The translations under genes and the position numbers were made by a program. DNA of 27,880 nucleotides from Octopus sinensis. Lineage: Eukaryota. Positions 1 through 11,272 of this stretch are shown here, piece after piece. Below the pieces are notes generated by a model. That model was given only the letters and a program-made list of their open reading frames with translations, was not told where the DNA came from and ran no database searches. Each line of letters begins with the position of its first letter. The stretch's first letter is position 1. The stretch covers positions 1-27,880 of the forward strand of contig NW_021827566.1 of assembly GCF_006345805.1 (NCBI RefSeq), written 5' to 3'.

Positions 1-231
1 ACTGCGTTTTTCAGAGATAACGTAAAGGTGTGTGGCAAGTAATAAAGTAACGTTGATATTATGTGAGTGTTTGTATTAACGAAAATTAAGAAAAAGTGTT
101 TAATAAAGCAAAGAAGATACAGAGTTGGCAGAAGTAGAGCGGTTAAGATATAGTCGCCCCTAAAACTCCAGGAAACTAGAAAACCTTACAGATAATCAAT
201 AATGATATGTTTGCAATACTTTGTCAGTATC

Positions 232-247
232 TGTATGTATGTTTGTA

Positions 248-298
<51 letters not shown>

Positions 299-430
299 TG
301 TATGTATGTATGTGTGTATATATATAATATATATATATCTATATATATATATATTATATATATATATTATATGTGTATATATATATATATGTATGTATGT
401 GTGTGTGTGTGTACATATACACACAGACGC
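232..430. repeat. Compound (TA)n/(TG)n/(TATG)n microsatellite
   Basis: Directly visible; accounts for the spurious YI/CV ORFs at 207-517. Confidence 0.95.
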
Positions 431-446
431 CTACACATATATTATA

Positions 447-849
447 TATCTTTTATCTTCTACTTGTTTCATTCGTTAAACTGTGGCCTTACGGAGCAAC
501 ATCTTGAAGAACTTTAGTCGAATGAATTGACCCGAGTACTACATTTTTTAAATATTGGTAGCTATTTATGTGTCTCTTGTTTCTAACTTATAAGTTACGG
601 GGACATAAACACTTCAGTGCCCGCTGCCAAGCAGTGGATGAGAGGACAAACACAGACACATGCACATGCGCACACACACGCCTACACACATATATATATA
701 TGCTACGGGATTCATTCAGTTTCCATCTACCACATCCATCCACAAGTGTTTGGTCGGCACAAGGTTATTGTAGAAGATACTTACTTAAGGTACCACGCAG
801 TGGGATTGACCCCGGAACAATGTGGTTGGGAAACAAACTTCATACTACA
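447..849 (-). mobile_element. Old, diverged copy of composite tRNA-derived SINE (family A)
   Basis: Colinear with the younger copies at 10856-11272 and 20101-20540: tail, 'taagttacggggacataaacac', internal (CA/TA)n, and 'ccacgcagtgggattgaccc...tgtggtt' head. Many substitutions. Confidence 0.8.
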
Positions 850-1365
850 TTTATTTATTTCATCATATTTCTATGTCAAATATAAATTTTCAACGCCAAG
901 ACAACGTCTTCAAACTGAACTAACTTTCACCTGTCCACAAACATAAATATAACAGAAAAGTAAATTGTATTCTATATATCAAGATAACTTCTATACGTTG
1001 TGATGATATTGTTTTAAATATATTTAACGATTTAACCTAGCATATAATCAATAATAGCGTGGAAAAACGCGCGCGCGCACACAAAGGCACACACACAAAC
1101 ACATTACACACGTTACACATATAAACATATTCATGTGTGCGTACGCCTGAGTAATATAATTCAAACAGTTAAAATTTACGTACATTCACAACATAGAACG
1201 AGAAAAGTTTTCACGGATCTTACAGGAAATGGTGCACATACATACAAAAATACATACATACAATTTGACCAAAAGAACTGTTCGTATATGGTTATAGAAG
1301 GAGGAAAGTCCAACTCAAAACATGTACACCAACGGTCTCTCTATCTCTATTCCACACAAAGAATA

Positions 1366-1452
1366 TTACAAGTACCTAGGCATGCGGTGCTCCAGCATGG
1401 CCGCAGTCAAAATGACTGAAACAAGTAAAAAGAGAAAAAAAGAGAAAAAGAG
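1366..1452 (+). mobile_element. 3' tail fragment of SINE family A
   Basis: gcggtgctccagcatggccgcagtcaaaatgactgaaacaagtaaaaagag is the reverse complement of the tails at 10856-10925 and 20101-20165, and ends in A/AGAG-rich tail units. Confidence 0.85.
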
Positions 1453-2470
1453 ATATACGAAAATGTGACTAAAGATAGAGAGATCCGAGAATATAACACC
1501 AGACTGAGGAAAATATGGCCGTCGAACTCTCCTCTTACAGCAAAACAATATTCCACAATGCATTTGCAGTACCATTTGGGATACTTGATTGGTCTGTAGA
1601 GGAAATTCACTCAATAGATATCAAAACCTGCAAAATCCTGACAACTGGGAAGTTCCTCAGAAACAGTGATGTTGATAGGCTCTACCTAAGAAGAAATGAA
1701 GGTGGTAAAGGCCTGAGATCAGTGCAGACGGCCTTCGAATGTCGTATGGTATCACCGAGGCAGCGCCTGGTAAACAACAGCAGCAAAGATAAATATATAA
1801 ATGCAGTGCTGAAAAGTGAAGTGAGCAACATTGTACGAGTTGGCAGTGAGCCCCTCAAGAAACATCCTCATCCTGATGATCTCCTATACAACCCCCAAAA
1901 CAGCTGGGATCTCTTACCTTAGAGAAGACCCGAATGGAAAGCACTCAGCATACAAAAAAAGACTATGCATGGGTATGTTCCCCGGAAGCTTGAAGAAGAC
2001 AGTAGAATCGACACGAAGCGCAACCTCTCTTGGGCATAAACTACTACATCACATCACACTTCTAGGGATATGCATTTGCAGTCCGGGAACTGGGGATTGC
2101 CACAAACTAGCTGGTAAACAAGAGAGACAATGACGCTCTTGTAATCCCAGGGTTCAATCGCATGTGTAGGCTATGTCATGTTTCTGTGGAAGACATCAAG
2201 CATGTGATTAGAAGCTGTCCTAAAATGTCGTCACGGTAATACCTCTCTATACGGCACGATGTTGTTGCTAAAACAATTTACAATGCCATCCACAAAAAGA
2301 CTGTCCTGAAATAAACTTAGAAAATCCTTCTGTTATGGAATACATTCATAAACACCAACTCAAGGAATACTGGTGGAATATTCCCATCAAAACTTCTATA
2401 AAATGTAAAAATAACAGGTCGGATATTGTTGTCTGGGACAAGGGGCAAAGGTATGTACCATCATAGAGGT
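1453..2470 (+). pseudogene. Decayed non-LTR retrotransposon ORF, R4/Dong-like clade: RT thumb region, CCHC zinc knuckle and start of REL endonuclease
   Basis: Across frameshifts: EYNTRLRKIW; FGILDW; SDVDRLYLRRNEGGKGL; MHGY; CRLCHVSVEDIKHVIRSC (CX2CX8HX4C, from 2165); RHDVVAKTIY; NRSDIVVWDK...IEV (PD-(D/E) region). In-frame stops, e.g. TAA at 2237-2239. Truncated at both ends. Confidence 0.85.
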
Positions 2471-2478
2471 CATAGAGG

Positions 2479-2540
2479 AACAAATAATACAATGTGGCCG
2501 TAGGTCATAACAACCAGGTAACGCCGGGATACATTGCTAG
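2479..2540 (+). mobile_element. Probable 3' terminus of a non-autonomous Helitron
   Basis: accaggtaacgccgggatacattgCTAG reads as a CpG-decayed CCCGG-GCAACG-CCGGG hairpin, then 8 nt, then CTAG (2537-2540). The next base is C rather than the expected T. Confidence 0.5.
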
Positions 2541-2625
2541 CACAAGTGCGCGCACACGCACACACATACACATTGAAAATATTGGGAAAAAGCTGAAAAT
2601 ACGTTAAAATTTTCTTTCATATATA

Positions 2626-2870
2626 TCTATATAAATAAAAATGAAATTCTGTCTGTGCGAGTATCCTGCATCTCAAACTTTATTGGCTCTAGATTGACAT
2701 ATACCATTTTGGTATCAAGATGACCCGGGATTGAAATCTGACCTTAGTTTGGTTCTTGAACATCCAGCATTGGGATCTGATATAAGAGCATTTAGGTTGC
2801 TGTTTCTAGCAGATAAGGCGACCGTGAGAGGTTTAAACCGATTTACAAGAGTTAAATTTTAAGCAAGTAC
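2626..2870 (+). mobile_element. Possible 5' part of a non-autonomous Helitron-like repeat
   Basis: Starts A|TCTATATAAATAAAAATGAAATTCTGTCTGT, resembling TC-starting Helitron 5' ends as I recall them. No matching 3' end seen and the right boundary is approximate. Confidence 0.35.
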
Positions 2871-3260
2871 GTGGGTGTGCGTATGTGTGCGTATGTGTGT
2901 GTGTGTGTGTGTGTGTTGTGTTGTGTGTTTATGTATGCATACGAATTCTTAAGATTGGTTTGACATATATTATCTATATGAATTTATATAACAAATGTGA
3001 GAAGAATGGAAGAAAAGAGGGAAAAATAAGGGGTTACATGTTGCCCGGTGTTTTTTCTTTTGCATCTTTTCAGTTTTGCAGCTGTAAGTTGTTGCTTTTT
3101 TTTTATTTTTATTTATTAACTATTTTTTGCAGTATAGGAAATAAGTCTTGTTCATATTTAACTAACTGGTGGTCATATTTGCTATTTCCAGCCCAAAGGA
3201 TTTAAGTAATACTACCTTATTTGTTCAATATACATATGTACTTATACACATGTTTGCATA

Positions 3261-3506
3261 GGTCACGTGACAGACCTGACTGTGAGATGGTGTTTCAAAT
3301 CTCAGGTCACAATGCGCCTTGCATTGTTTTAGTCTTCGAATGACGTCACCCCACTGCCTAGTTGAGCAGGCCAACATCCCCCCCACCCAGATCGAATGGG
3401 GGGTGCTACAGCGACGTGAAACGACTTGTTTTGCTCAAGAACACAGCACACTGCCCGGTCTGGGAATGGAACCTACGATCTAGCGATCGTGACTGCTACA
3501 CCCTAA
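3261..3506 (-). mobile_element. tRNA-derived SINE, family C, internally deleted
   Basis: Minus strand has a B-box-like GGTTCCATTCC followed by GTGTTCTTGAGCAA, the same segment as the 5270 copy. Ends in a TCACGTGA tail. Confidence 0.65.
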
Positions 3507-3554
3507 AAGCTAGGTGACACACCCGGATTTACGTATACACATTGTTGACATCTT

Positions 3555-3670
3555 TACGATCACATAACTTACCGGTTCATCAAAAGATACTGAGAGAATA
3601 AGTACCATGTTTAAAATATAAATGTTCTCCCCTTTGAGAAACACTGATTTAACCTAAATTTGGGACACCA
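3555..3670 (+). mobile_element. Very diverged 3' half of SINE family A
   Basis: cataacttaccggttcatcaaaagatactgagagaataagtacca aligns to the family A segment cgtaacttagcggttcggcaaaagagaccgatagaataagtacta. Confidence 0.55.
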
Positions 3671-4079
3671 GCAAAAGAAGAAATAAAGATAGACTTTTTT
3701 CTATTCCAAAGAAAAACGATTATATTCACACAAATATGCAACCGAAGAGTTTAAAGTACCAGTAATGATAAGGCTGTTGACTGGGAGAACACAAGCATGG
3801 TTTAAACAGTAAACTTGGCAGGAAAGAAAGCCTTTAAGCAGTACAAAAATAACAAAAAAATGGAAGGTGCAGTTATGTACAGTTGACGGAAGAAAAGCAG
3901 GACAAAAATGGCTTTATTGATCGCATTCTCACCTGGAATCGATTTTTGTAATTTTTTTCAAGACTTATGCACGCCCTGATACCGTCGGTATTTACATATC
4001 AAATGTGAGCGCAATCAGATGGAGGATGCCCGAGATTCGAGAAGACACACACGCACGCACACGCAGATAGAACAGATTT

Positions 4080-4112
<33 letters not shown>

Positions 4113-4170
4113 CTTATGTATGCATGTGTGTGTGTATGTATGTATGTATATGTATATATATATATATATA

Positions 4171-4219
<49 letters not shown>

Positions 4220-4280
4220 CTTTGCACGCATACGTGTATACATACATAGACACACAGATTCACGCACGCACACACACACA
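4080..4280. repeat. Compound (TA)n/(TG)n/(CA)n microsatellite
   Basis: Directly visible. Confidence 0.95.
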
Positions 4281-4617
4281 TACACTAGTGTACGTTGGTA
4301 CAAGTGAATTCAACGAACCAACAAATCAACGTGCCAGTCGGTAAGTCATTCGGCCTACAACCACTCCAGTCAGCAAAGAAACCAGAGCAACAGCAGCAAG
4401 CTACGTCTACGGAAGGCAAGCAGATAATCACATAGCTAGCTGTCCTTGATGGCGTGTTCTATACTAATGATGTGTCGACTCAAGGCGAACCAGGCTAGAT
4501 TTAATGACGGCATCTGCGTTCGATATAATCTGCAAGATACCGCCAATATACAGCTGTCGCAACACACTAACCATGCTCAGATTGTTCATGGTTACTTCTT
4601 CTCTCGTCGTGTCAGAA

Positions 4618-4753
4618 ACCAATTGGTTGCCACAGGGGAGAGGGGGGGGGGGGGGGGAGGAGGAAGAAGAAAAAGAAGAAGAAGAAGAAGAGGAAGAGGA
4701 AAAAGAAAAAGAAGAAGGAGAAGAAGAAGAAGAAAGAAGAAGAAGAAGAAGAA

Positions 4754-4788
<35 letters not shown>

Positions 4789-4824
4789 GGAGGAGGAGGA
4801 GGAGGAGGAGGTGGAGGAGGGGGG
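4618..4824. repeat. Compound purine tract: poly-G, (GAA)n, (GAT)n, (GAG)n
   Basis: Directly visible; generates the poly-R/K/M/E/S/I ORFs at 4446-4917. Confidence 0.95.
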
Positions 4825-5269
4825 AAGAATCCATATTTCTAGATCATTTTTCGTGTTCATCATCAAAGATTCGTCCGCTTGGTACTGCTGCTTTTTGTAA
4901 GTAAATTCCTGTTCCATTTTGTTTCGCCTTGGTCCAGCAGATACAAGTAACTCAATGAAAAGTTCTTATTTTGCTTTTCTTCATTCATTGCACATTTAAG
5001 GGACATCGCTGTGATAGACATTTTCAGCGCCTTTATTTCTGCCTCCTTGTCTAATTCTTCTTCATCTCATTCTCTTAGTTTTCCTCTTCCTCGGCGGAGC
5101 TCTCTACTTTCTTTCTATTCTGTTATTCACTCGGAGCAGGATAGAATGGTCTTACTGGAACCTGTAAGTCTTCCTCGCTTATAGAAATGAGATCGTGACG
5201 CACTCCTCTTGCCCTTTCTGAACCTTCATCTTGTAGTGCTTTTGTGATAGTTGTCAACTGGATATGTGT

Positions 5270-5395
5270 GGAGCGCGTGGCTTAGTGGTTAGAGTGTTCG
5301 GCTTACGATCATAATGTCGTGAGTTCAATTCCCAGCGTTACGTTGTGTCCTTGAGCAAGATACATTAATTCACACTGCTCCAGTCCATTCAGTTG
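5270..5395 (+). mobile_element. tRNA-derived SINE head, family C, 3'-truncated
   Basis: Pol III A box TGGCTTAGTGG (5278-5288), B box GAGTTCAATTCC (5321-5332), then GTGTCCTTGAGCAAGA core. No tRNA acceptor-stem 3' half. Confidence 0.8.
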
Positions 5396-6253
5396 GTTGT
5401 ATTTCAAATGAACTGGACCCGTATTTTTTTCTTATTCTGCTACGTTTTGCTCTCCTCCCATTGTTAGTTTCTCCGAGCGAAAAGTCCTCATTGTGTCTCA
5501 CACTTCCACAAATATAACTTGAATTTCTACTCTTTACCACTAGTGTCATTGCTTTTGCTTCATTTATAAATGATAACAATCAACTGAGTTCGAAGTGCTA
5601 ATGAGCAAATCCGAAAGGTTTTTTTCTTAAAAAAAACGTAGTCGAAGACAATAAAGATCTGCGACCAACTTTTCAATGCAAAAGTACAAATGTAGCAATT
5701 ACAAATATAAAGCATAAAGTTATATTTCGACTATTGACTAACGGGACGTGTACATGCAATTCGATCGAAAATCATTTGCTCGCGGCTTAACAGCTGTACA
5801 TTGCTTAACTTTATGGTTAAGTGAAATGTAGTGCCTAATTTAAAAACAAGAACACAATTTCTACGTAAAATAAATAAATATTTCGTCTGGAAAGGAAATA
5901 TTTTGACACGGCTGGTGAACACCTGACACAGAGGATCCTTACTTGATAGCTGATATGAAAAGCAACAATTCTTTGGACAAAGAATTTTTTGAAAATGAAA
6001 AGAATAGAAACATTTTTTAATTCGACTAAACTCTAAACAATTTCTTCATGAAAATAAAATCGAAATCACTGCAGGACCAGCCACAAAAGTGGATTTGGGG
6101 AAAATAGATATAACAGGGAAGGAATCGGTGAGGCTGAGATTGTTAAAAATAAATGTACAAATCATCTGGACAATCGTTAGGGTCCATAACAACAAAAGAA
6201 GTTGTCCAGCTGCCTCGAAGATAAACATATAAATAAATCAATAAGTAAATAAA

Positions 6254-6605
6254 TGGAGCGAAAACCTCCACCAAGCTAACCCCAACCTCGTCTCAACGAT
6301 TAGCCAAAGAGGATTTTTATAATGAGAATATCTGAAATAAACTCGACAGCTCTCACAAACGAGAATACTAAAAATAAACTCAACCGCTCTCAAAAATTAA
6401 GTAGAAAAACAGGAAAAATAATCCAGAATCTTTGACCGATATAGGATCGATCCCAAAATGTAATCAGTTCATGCCAGTCACAAGGTCAAACATCCCTGAA
6501 AGTTTCATCCGAATCCATCTAACGGTTCTTGAGATATCTGGTTCATGGACAAACCAACAAACACAACTGAAAAACAATACCACCACATTCGCTAAGGCGA
6601 GTTAA
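6254..6605 (+). mobile_element. Probable Helentron-associated non-autonomous element (HINE/DINE-like)
   Basis: 5' aaaacctccaccaag; body 'atccagaatc...tttcatccgaatccatc...gttcttgagatatc...gacaaaccaacaaac'; 3' 'gaaaaacaataccaccacattcgctaaggcgagttaa', a decayed terminal hairpin related to the 5' motif. Family assignment is from recall. Confidence 0.55.
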
Positions 6606-7412
6606 TTAATAAATAAATAAATAAGCATGAAAAATAGGAACATACAAAGATTCCCAAGTTCTAAATAAGATATTTAACGCAAAGGTGCAAGCATAGAAGT
6701 GTTTTGAGTTAGTAGAGGACTGGAAACAACAACTGACAGTCTCAATGAGAAGTAAACAGTTTTAGTTTCCAAAATAAAAGAAGCTAATCGAAAACTTACT
6801 AACTTATGACTTGTATTCGTATAGCCCACAGAGGTTTAACTATAATGTAACAGAAAATAAACCTGCAACACAAATAGAAGAGTGCATGGGATGGAACAAA
6901 AATCCGTGTGAATATCAATTCTTGATCAAAGAAGCTACAACCAAAGACTTCAGAAGAAGAAACAATGGTTCTGATCATGGTTTGCATCGACTTCTAGAAA
7001 TCAAAAGAAAATATTTCAAATGGATCTTGGAAGAATTAGGCATTGTTAATGTAGCGCTAATAATAAGATTTAATGGATATGTCTTGAGCAAATTTTATAG
7101 ATACAGATATAAGGGGAAAATTATAAAAACTATGAACATCTCCCGTAAAAGGAGGGATATTTCAACGGATTCTCTTTTCGCTCATTTTGTCTTTTGTACT
7201 GTTGCCTTTGACCAACAGACAAAACTGAACTGAATTCTAATGCAATGATAGGACCATCAGCCATCTTTTTTACTTGACTACATGAAAACAGCTACAGACA
7301 ATAATGCCGGCACTAAAAGCATATACTAAAGAAATTGATATGAAAATGCGCAAAAGTAACCATGAAGTGAAGAGAGAAGCCGAAATAAGGGTATTACGAT
7401 AAAAACAAACTA

Positions 7413-7515
7413 CTTTTGATAATGTGTCAACTCGAGCACAACAGATCTGTGATAAAATAACAGCAGCAATATTATTGTAATACAGTACTTTGTCACATTA
7501 TACGACAATGCTCCA
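7413..7515 (+). repeat. Dispersed ~100-bp repeat, copy 1 (copy 2 at 10022-10120)
   Basis: 44/45 identical over the first 45 bp, roughly 70% over the next ~55 bp. Confidence 0.85.
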
Positions 7516-7819
7516 AATCAATGTACTCGGCAGTACACGCACACATGAAATAAAAGATTAGAAAAGAATAGTTTTAGATCTTTGAGATTAGTTATTAAAA
7601 TAGAATTTATTTGTTTTTTTTATGTTAATATCTAACTGTACCAGTAATAATTTTCTCAACTGGACTGTAAACTTCCTAGCAAAGCTAGATAGTCAAACAA
7701 AATGACCCCTTTACCTAAAATCTGAAAGAGAGCGCTTATGTTTAACTTGAATACTGGGGAAATCTTTTTTGCGGCTACAAAACTATTAAAAAATGTCCAC
7801 TTTACCACTAGCAAATATT

Positions 7820-8104
7820 CTTTTCGATGTCAGTGGAATTTGAACTTAGAACGTAAGACAGACGAAATACCTTTTCTTTACTACCCATAAGGAGCTAAAC
7901 ACAGAGAGGAAAAATAAGGACAGACAAACGGATTAAGTCGATTACATCGACCTCAGTGCGCAACTGGTACTTATTTAATCGACCCCGAAAGGATGAAAGG
8001 CAAAGTCGACCACGGCGGAATTTGAACTCAGAACGTAACGGCAGACGAAATACCGCTAAGCATTTCGCCCGGTGGGCTAACGATTCTGCCAGCTCGCTGC
8101 CTTC
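7820..8104 (-). mobile_element. tRNA-derived SINE family B (tail type 1), full length, with an extra SINE fragment at its 3' end
   Basis: Head aggcagcgagctggcagaatcgttagc, B box GAGTTCAAATTCC, core gcctttcatcctttcggggtcg. TSD ccacta(g/a)caaatatt at 7805-7819 and 8105-8119 (14/15). Confidence 0.9.
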
Positions 8105-9066
8105 CCACTAACAAATATTTAATTATGCATAATGGATAATGGAAAATCAACACAAATAACCAGAAAATACGAACCAAAAATACTTTTGTGCCTTCAGCAA
8201 AAGGTAACGCAAAGGAAAAAATTGTCAAAAAGTTTAATCCAAGTTTATATGGAGAAGCTGAATATTGTATTGAGTAACTGTGTCACGAAGTACTTACATT
8301 GGACAGTGCTTGAAAAAGATGAAACTAGACAAGCAATGTTCTCCACACTGTTATGATAGTTGCAGGGCTCAAAACAGATTTAAGGCTTCATGACTGTGGC
8401 ACAAGATGAAAACCTTCGTGCCAGAAAACATTACATATAACGAAGAGAAAAGTAATAACTACAGAATATGTGGAAATGAGGAAGAAATTATTGTAAATAT
8501 TTTCAATAAGTCAGTGAAGAAGTGCAACTGCAGGTACGTCAGATCTAGGACTTAGACTGGAATTTATGCCTACAATATGAAATTCCGATACAAAAGTGTT
8601 AGTGTAACACACTCTGGAAAATATTTCACAGAATGACAGGTTTACCTTACTCTGAGATAAAAAAACAGCCTAACTGGATGTTCAACGTTATTCGACCACT
8701 TATTGTCTTTGGGGATGAAGAGAGGCAGTGCTTTCTAATCGTAATCTCAGTAGACCCATCTTAAGATAATATACCTCGCAAAGAAATGGAAAGACTGTTT
8801 AAACATTAAGATCTGGAAATGAAATAACCGGTATGTAGCAGTTGAAGCAATGACACAAAAAAAAAATCATATAAAGAAATAAGTAACTAAACCTCCAGGA
8901 GCTCATGCACATCACATAAAATGGCACTGCTTAGCAAAGCATCGCACACGTGTTACAAAGTTTCTTTTAGTAGAACAAAAACAACAAAACTAAAACAGTC
9001 CAAAATATGTGCATGTCCAAAGGACATATAACTGTACTTGATAGTGCAGTACAAAGTGAAAATAAT

Positions 9067-9280
9067 CTTTTCTACTCTATGCGCAAGACCCGAAATTTTG
9101 CGGGAGGGGCCAGTCGATCAAATCTACCTCAGTACGCAACCGGCACTCAATATATTGACCACCGAAGGGATGAAAGGCAAAGTCAACTTTGGCAGAATTT
9201 GAACTCAGAACGTAAAGACAGATGAAATATCGCTAATCATTTCAGTCGGCGTGCTAACGTTTCTGCCAGCTCGCCGCCTT
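9067..9280 (-). mobile_element. tRNA-derived SINE family B (tail type 2), full length
   Basis: Same head and core as the 7872-8104 copy but a different 3' tail. TSD acaaagt(g/a)aaaataat at 9051-9066 and 9281-9296 (15/16). Confidence 0.9.
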
Positions 9281-10021
9281 ACAAAGTAAAAATAATACAA
9301 CAGAAATGTGGTAATGATGATGAGGAGGAAAAGGAGAATAGAAGGAGGACGACATTAACGACAACGACGACAATGACGATAACAGCCAACAAAAATTTCA
9401 ACAACAACACTGTCTTGATTTTTGCTACAATGGCAACTTTGTAATGTCATTACACATATAAAATACAGAAACGTGATGTGGGTCTATGACAGATACCTCT
9501 GCAGATACTAATACGTTCTTGAAATAATAACATCAATTAAAAGCCAATACTCATTAAATATAACAATAATGAATTTAAATAACGCAAACTTACCCATTAA
9601 GGTCTCTGATATTTCACTCCCAACTCATAAGAGACTTCTTCCTTAACGACATTCTTTTGCAATTAGCTTTGATCGCATTCATTACTTTACCAGCTACAAT
9701 CCTCACTCCTCCGTATTCATCACAAATTGCATAAACCATTATCTCACGCACATATTTATTTCTGCTACCATTTCATTTAAATATAACTCTTCGAACATCT
9801 GATCTCAGATACACTCAGTTTTATACTTTACTATATTTCCTCCAGTTCCGCCACACTATATGACCCATTTTGGAGGAGTCTAAGTGTTTTGCATGATCCG
9901 CTTGAAATACCTGCGTAATATTCCTCATGTCACACACTAACGTCACTAATAAGCAATGAGTACATGAAATAATTTAGTCATACTTGCCCTTTAAGGGAAC
10001 GAAATTGCCGTGACTGGACTG

Positions 10022-10120
10022 CTTTTGATAATATGTCAACTCGAGCACAACAGATCTGTGATAAAACAGCAGTAGAAATACTATTGCAATACAGCGCCCT
10101 GCCACATTATCCTACAATGC
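10022..10120 (+). repeat. Dispersed ~100-bp repeat, copy 2
   Basis: See 7413-7515. Confidence 0.85.
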
Positions 10121-10410
10121 AACAATACCACAATAAAATTGCTCTACCGAAAGGGGTTGATAAAGCACCTAAGGAGCCGATAACATGCTTTTAAAGGCTA
10201 CATTAAAAAATTAGAAATTTGGGATCCACATAAATTTTTGAAGGGATCTAAATGTGAAGTATATGATTAGTCTTCATGCATTTTCTTCTTTTATAATACA
10301 GTCAACCGCAAACAACACCATCTACATCGTCCATTTTTTTTTAAAGATAGCGGGATTTCCTTTTCGTACATTTATATACGCACGAATAAATACGCGCACA
10401 CACAAACACA

Positions 10411-10477
<67 letters not shown>

Positions 10478-10503
10478 TCTCTCTCTCTCTCTCTCTCTCT
10501 CTC
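10411..10503. repeat. (CT)n microsatellite
   Basis: Directly visible. Confidence 0.95.
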
Positions 10504-10855
10504 ACGCACACACACAGGTCTCCATATTACACAGGTCTCCATATTTTTCATAGTGCTGCTTTCTCATTTTAAGATTTAACTTTTCTTCCACGTTGTGGGA
10601 AGAATATAAATGTGAATTTTCATTTTGCAATATGTGTCTAGTAATGATAAGAATCCGTCGCGAAGTAAAATGATGCTAAAAATATTGGAATAGGAATTTT
10701 TAAAACAGCATCTGGAATACACGAATGTAACTGAATTGATTCCAAATATTCCGATGATAAATAACAATCGAACTTCCATATACAAATACGCGCGCGCACT
10801 CTGTTACACACAGACGCGCACACACGGTCATATATATATATATATATATATATAT

Positions 10856-11272
10856 TACTCTTTTAACTCTTTTACTCTTTTATTTGTTTCAGTCATATGA
10901 CTGCGGCCATGCTGGAGCACCGCCTTTAGTCGAGCAACTCGACCCCGGGACTTATTCTTTTTGTAAGCCCAGTACTTATTCTATCGGTCTCTTTTTGCCG
11001 AACCGCTAAGTGACGGGGACGTAAACACACCAGCATCGGTTGTCAAGCAATGCTAGGGGAACAAACACAGACACACAGACACACACACATACATATATTT
11101 ATATACATATATACGACAGGCTTCTTTCAGTTTCCGCCTACCAAATCCACTCACAAGGCATTGGTCGGCCCGGGACTATAGCAGAAGACACTTGCCCAAG
11201 ATGCCACGCAGTGGGACTGAACCCGCAACCATGTGGTTGGTTAGCAAGCTACTTACCACACAGCCACTCCTA
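10856..11272 (-). mobile_element. Composite tRNA-derived SINE family A, near full length, inserted in (TA)n
   Basis: Minus strand: GGAGTGGCTGTGTGG (A box), GGGTTCAGTCC (B box), cttgggcaagtgtc core, internal (TA/TG)n, 3' module, (TAAAAGAG)n-like tail. Both flanks are (TA)n so a TSD cannot be called. Confidence 0.9.

Noticed and set aside
5270-5335. tRNA-like sequence with A and B boxes (similarly the heads near 8100, 9280, 11270 and 20540)
   Set aside because: No complete cloverleaf or acceptor stem, and each continues into SINE core sequence. These are SINE heads, not tRNA genes.
9595-9640. Minus-strand 'SWE*NIRDLNG' resembling the start of a LINE AP-endonuclease (SWNVRGLN)
   Set aside because: Needs an insertion and a stop to align, and no further endonuclease motifs follow.
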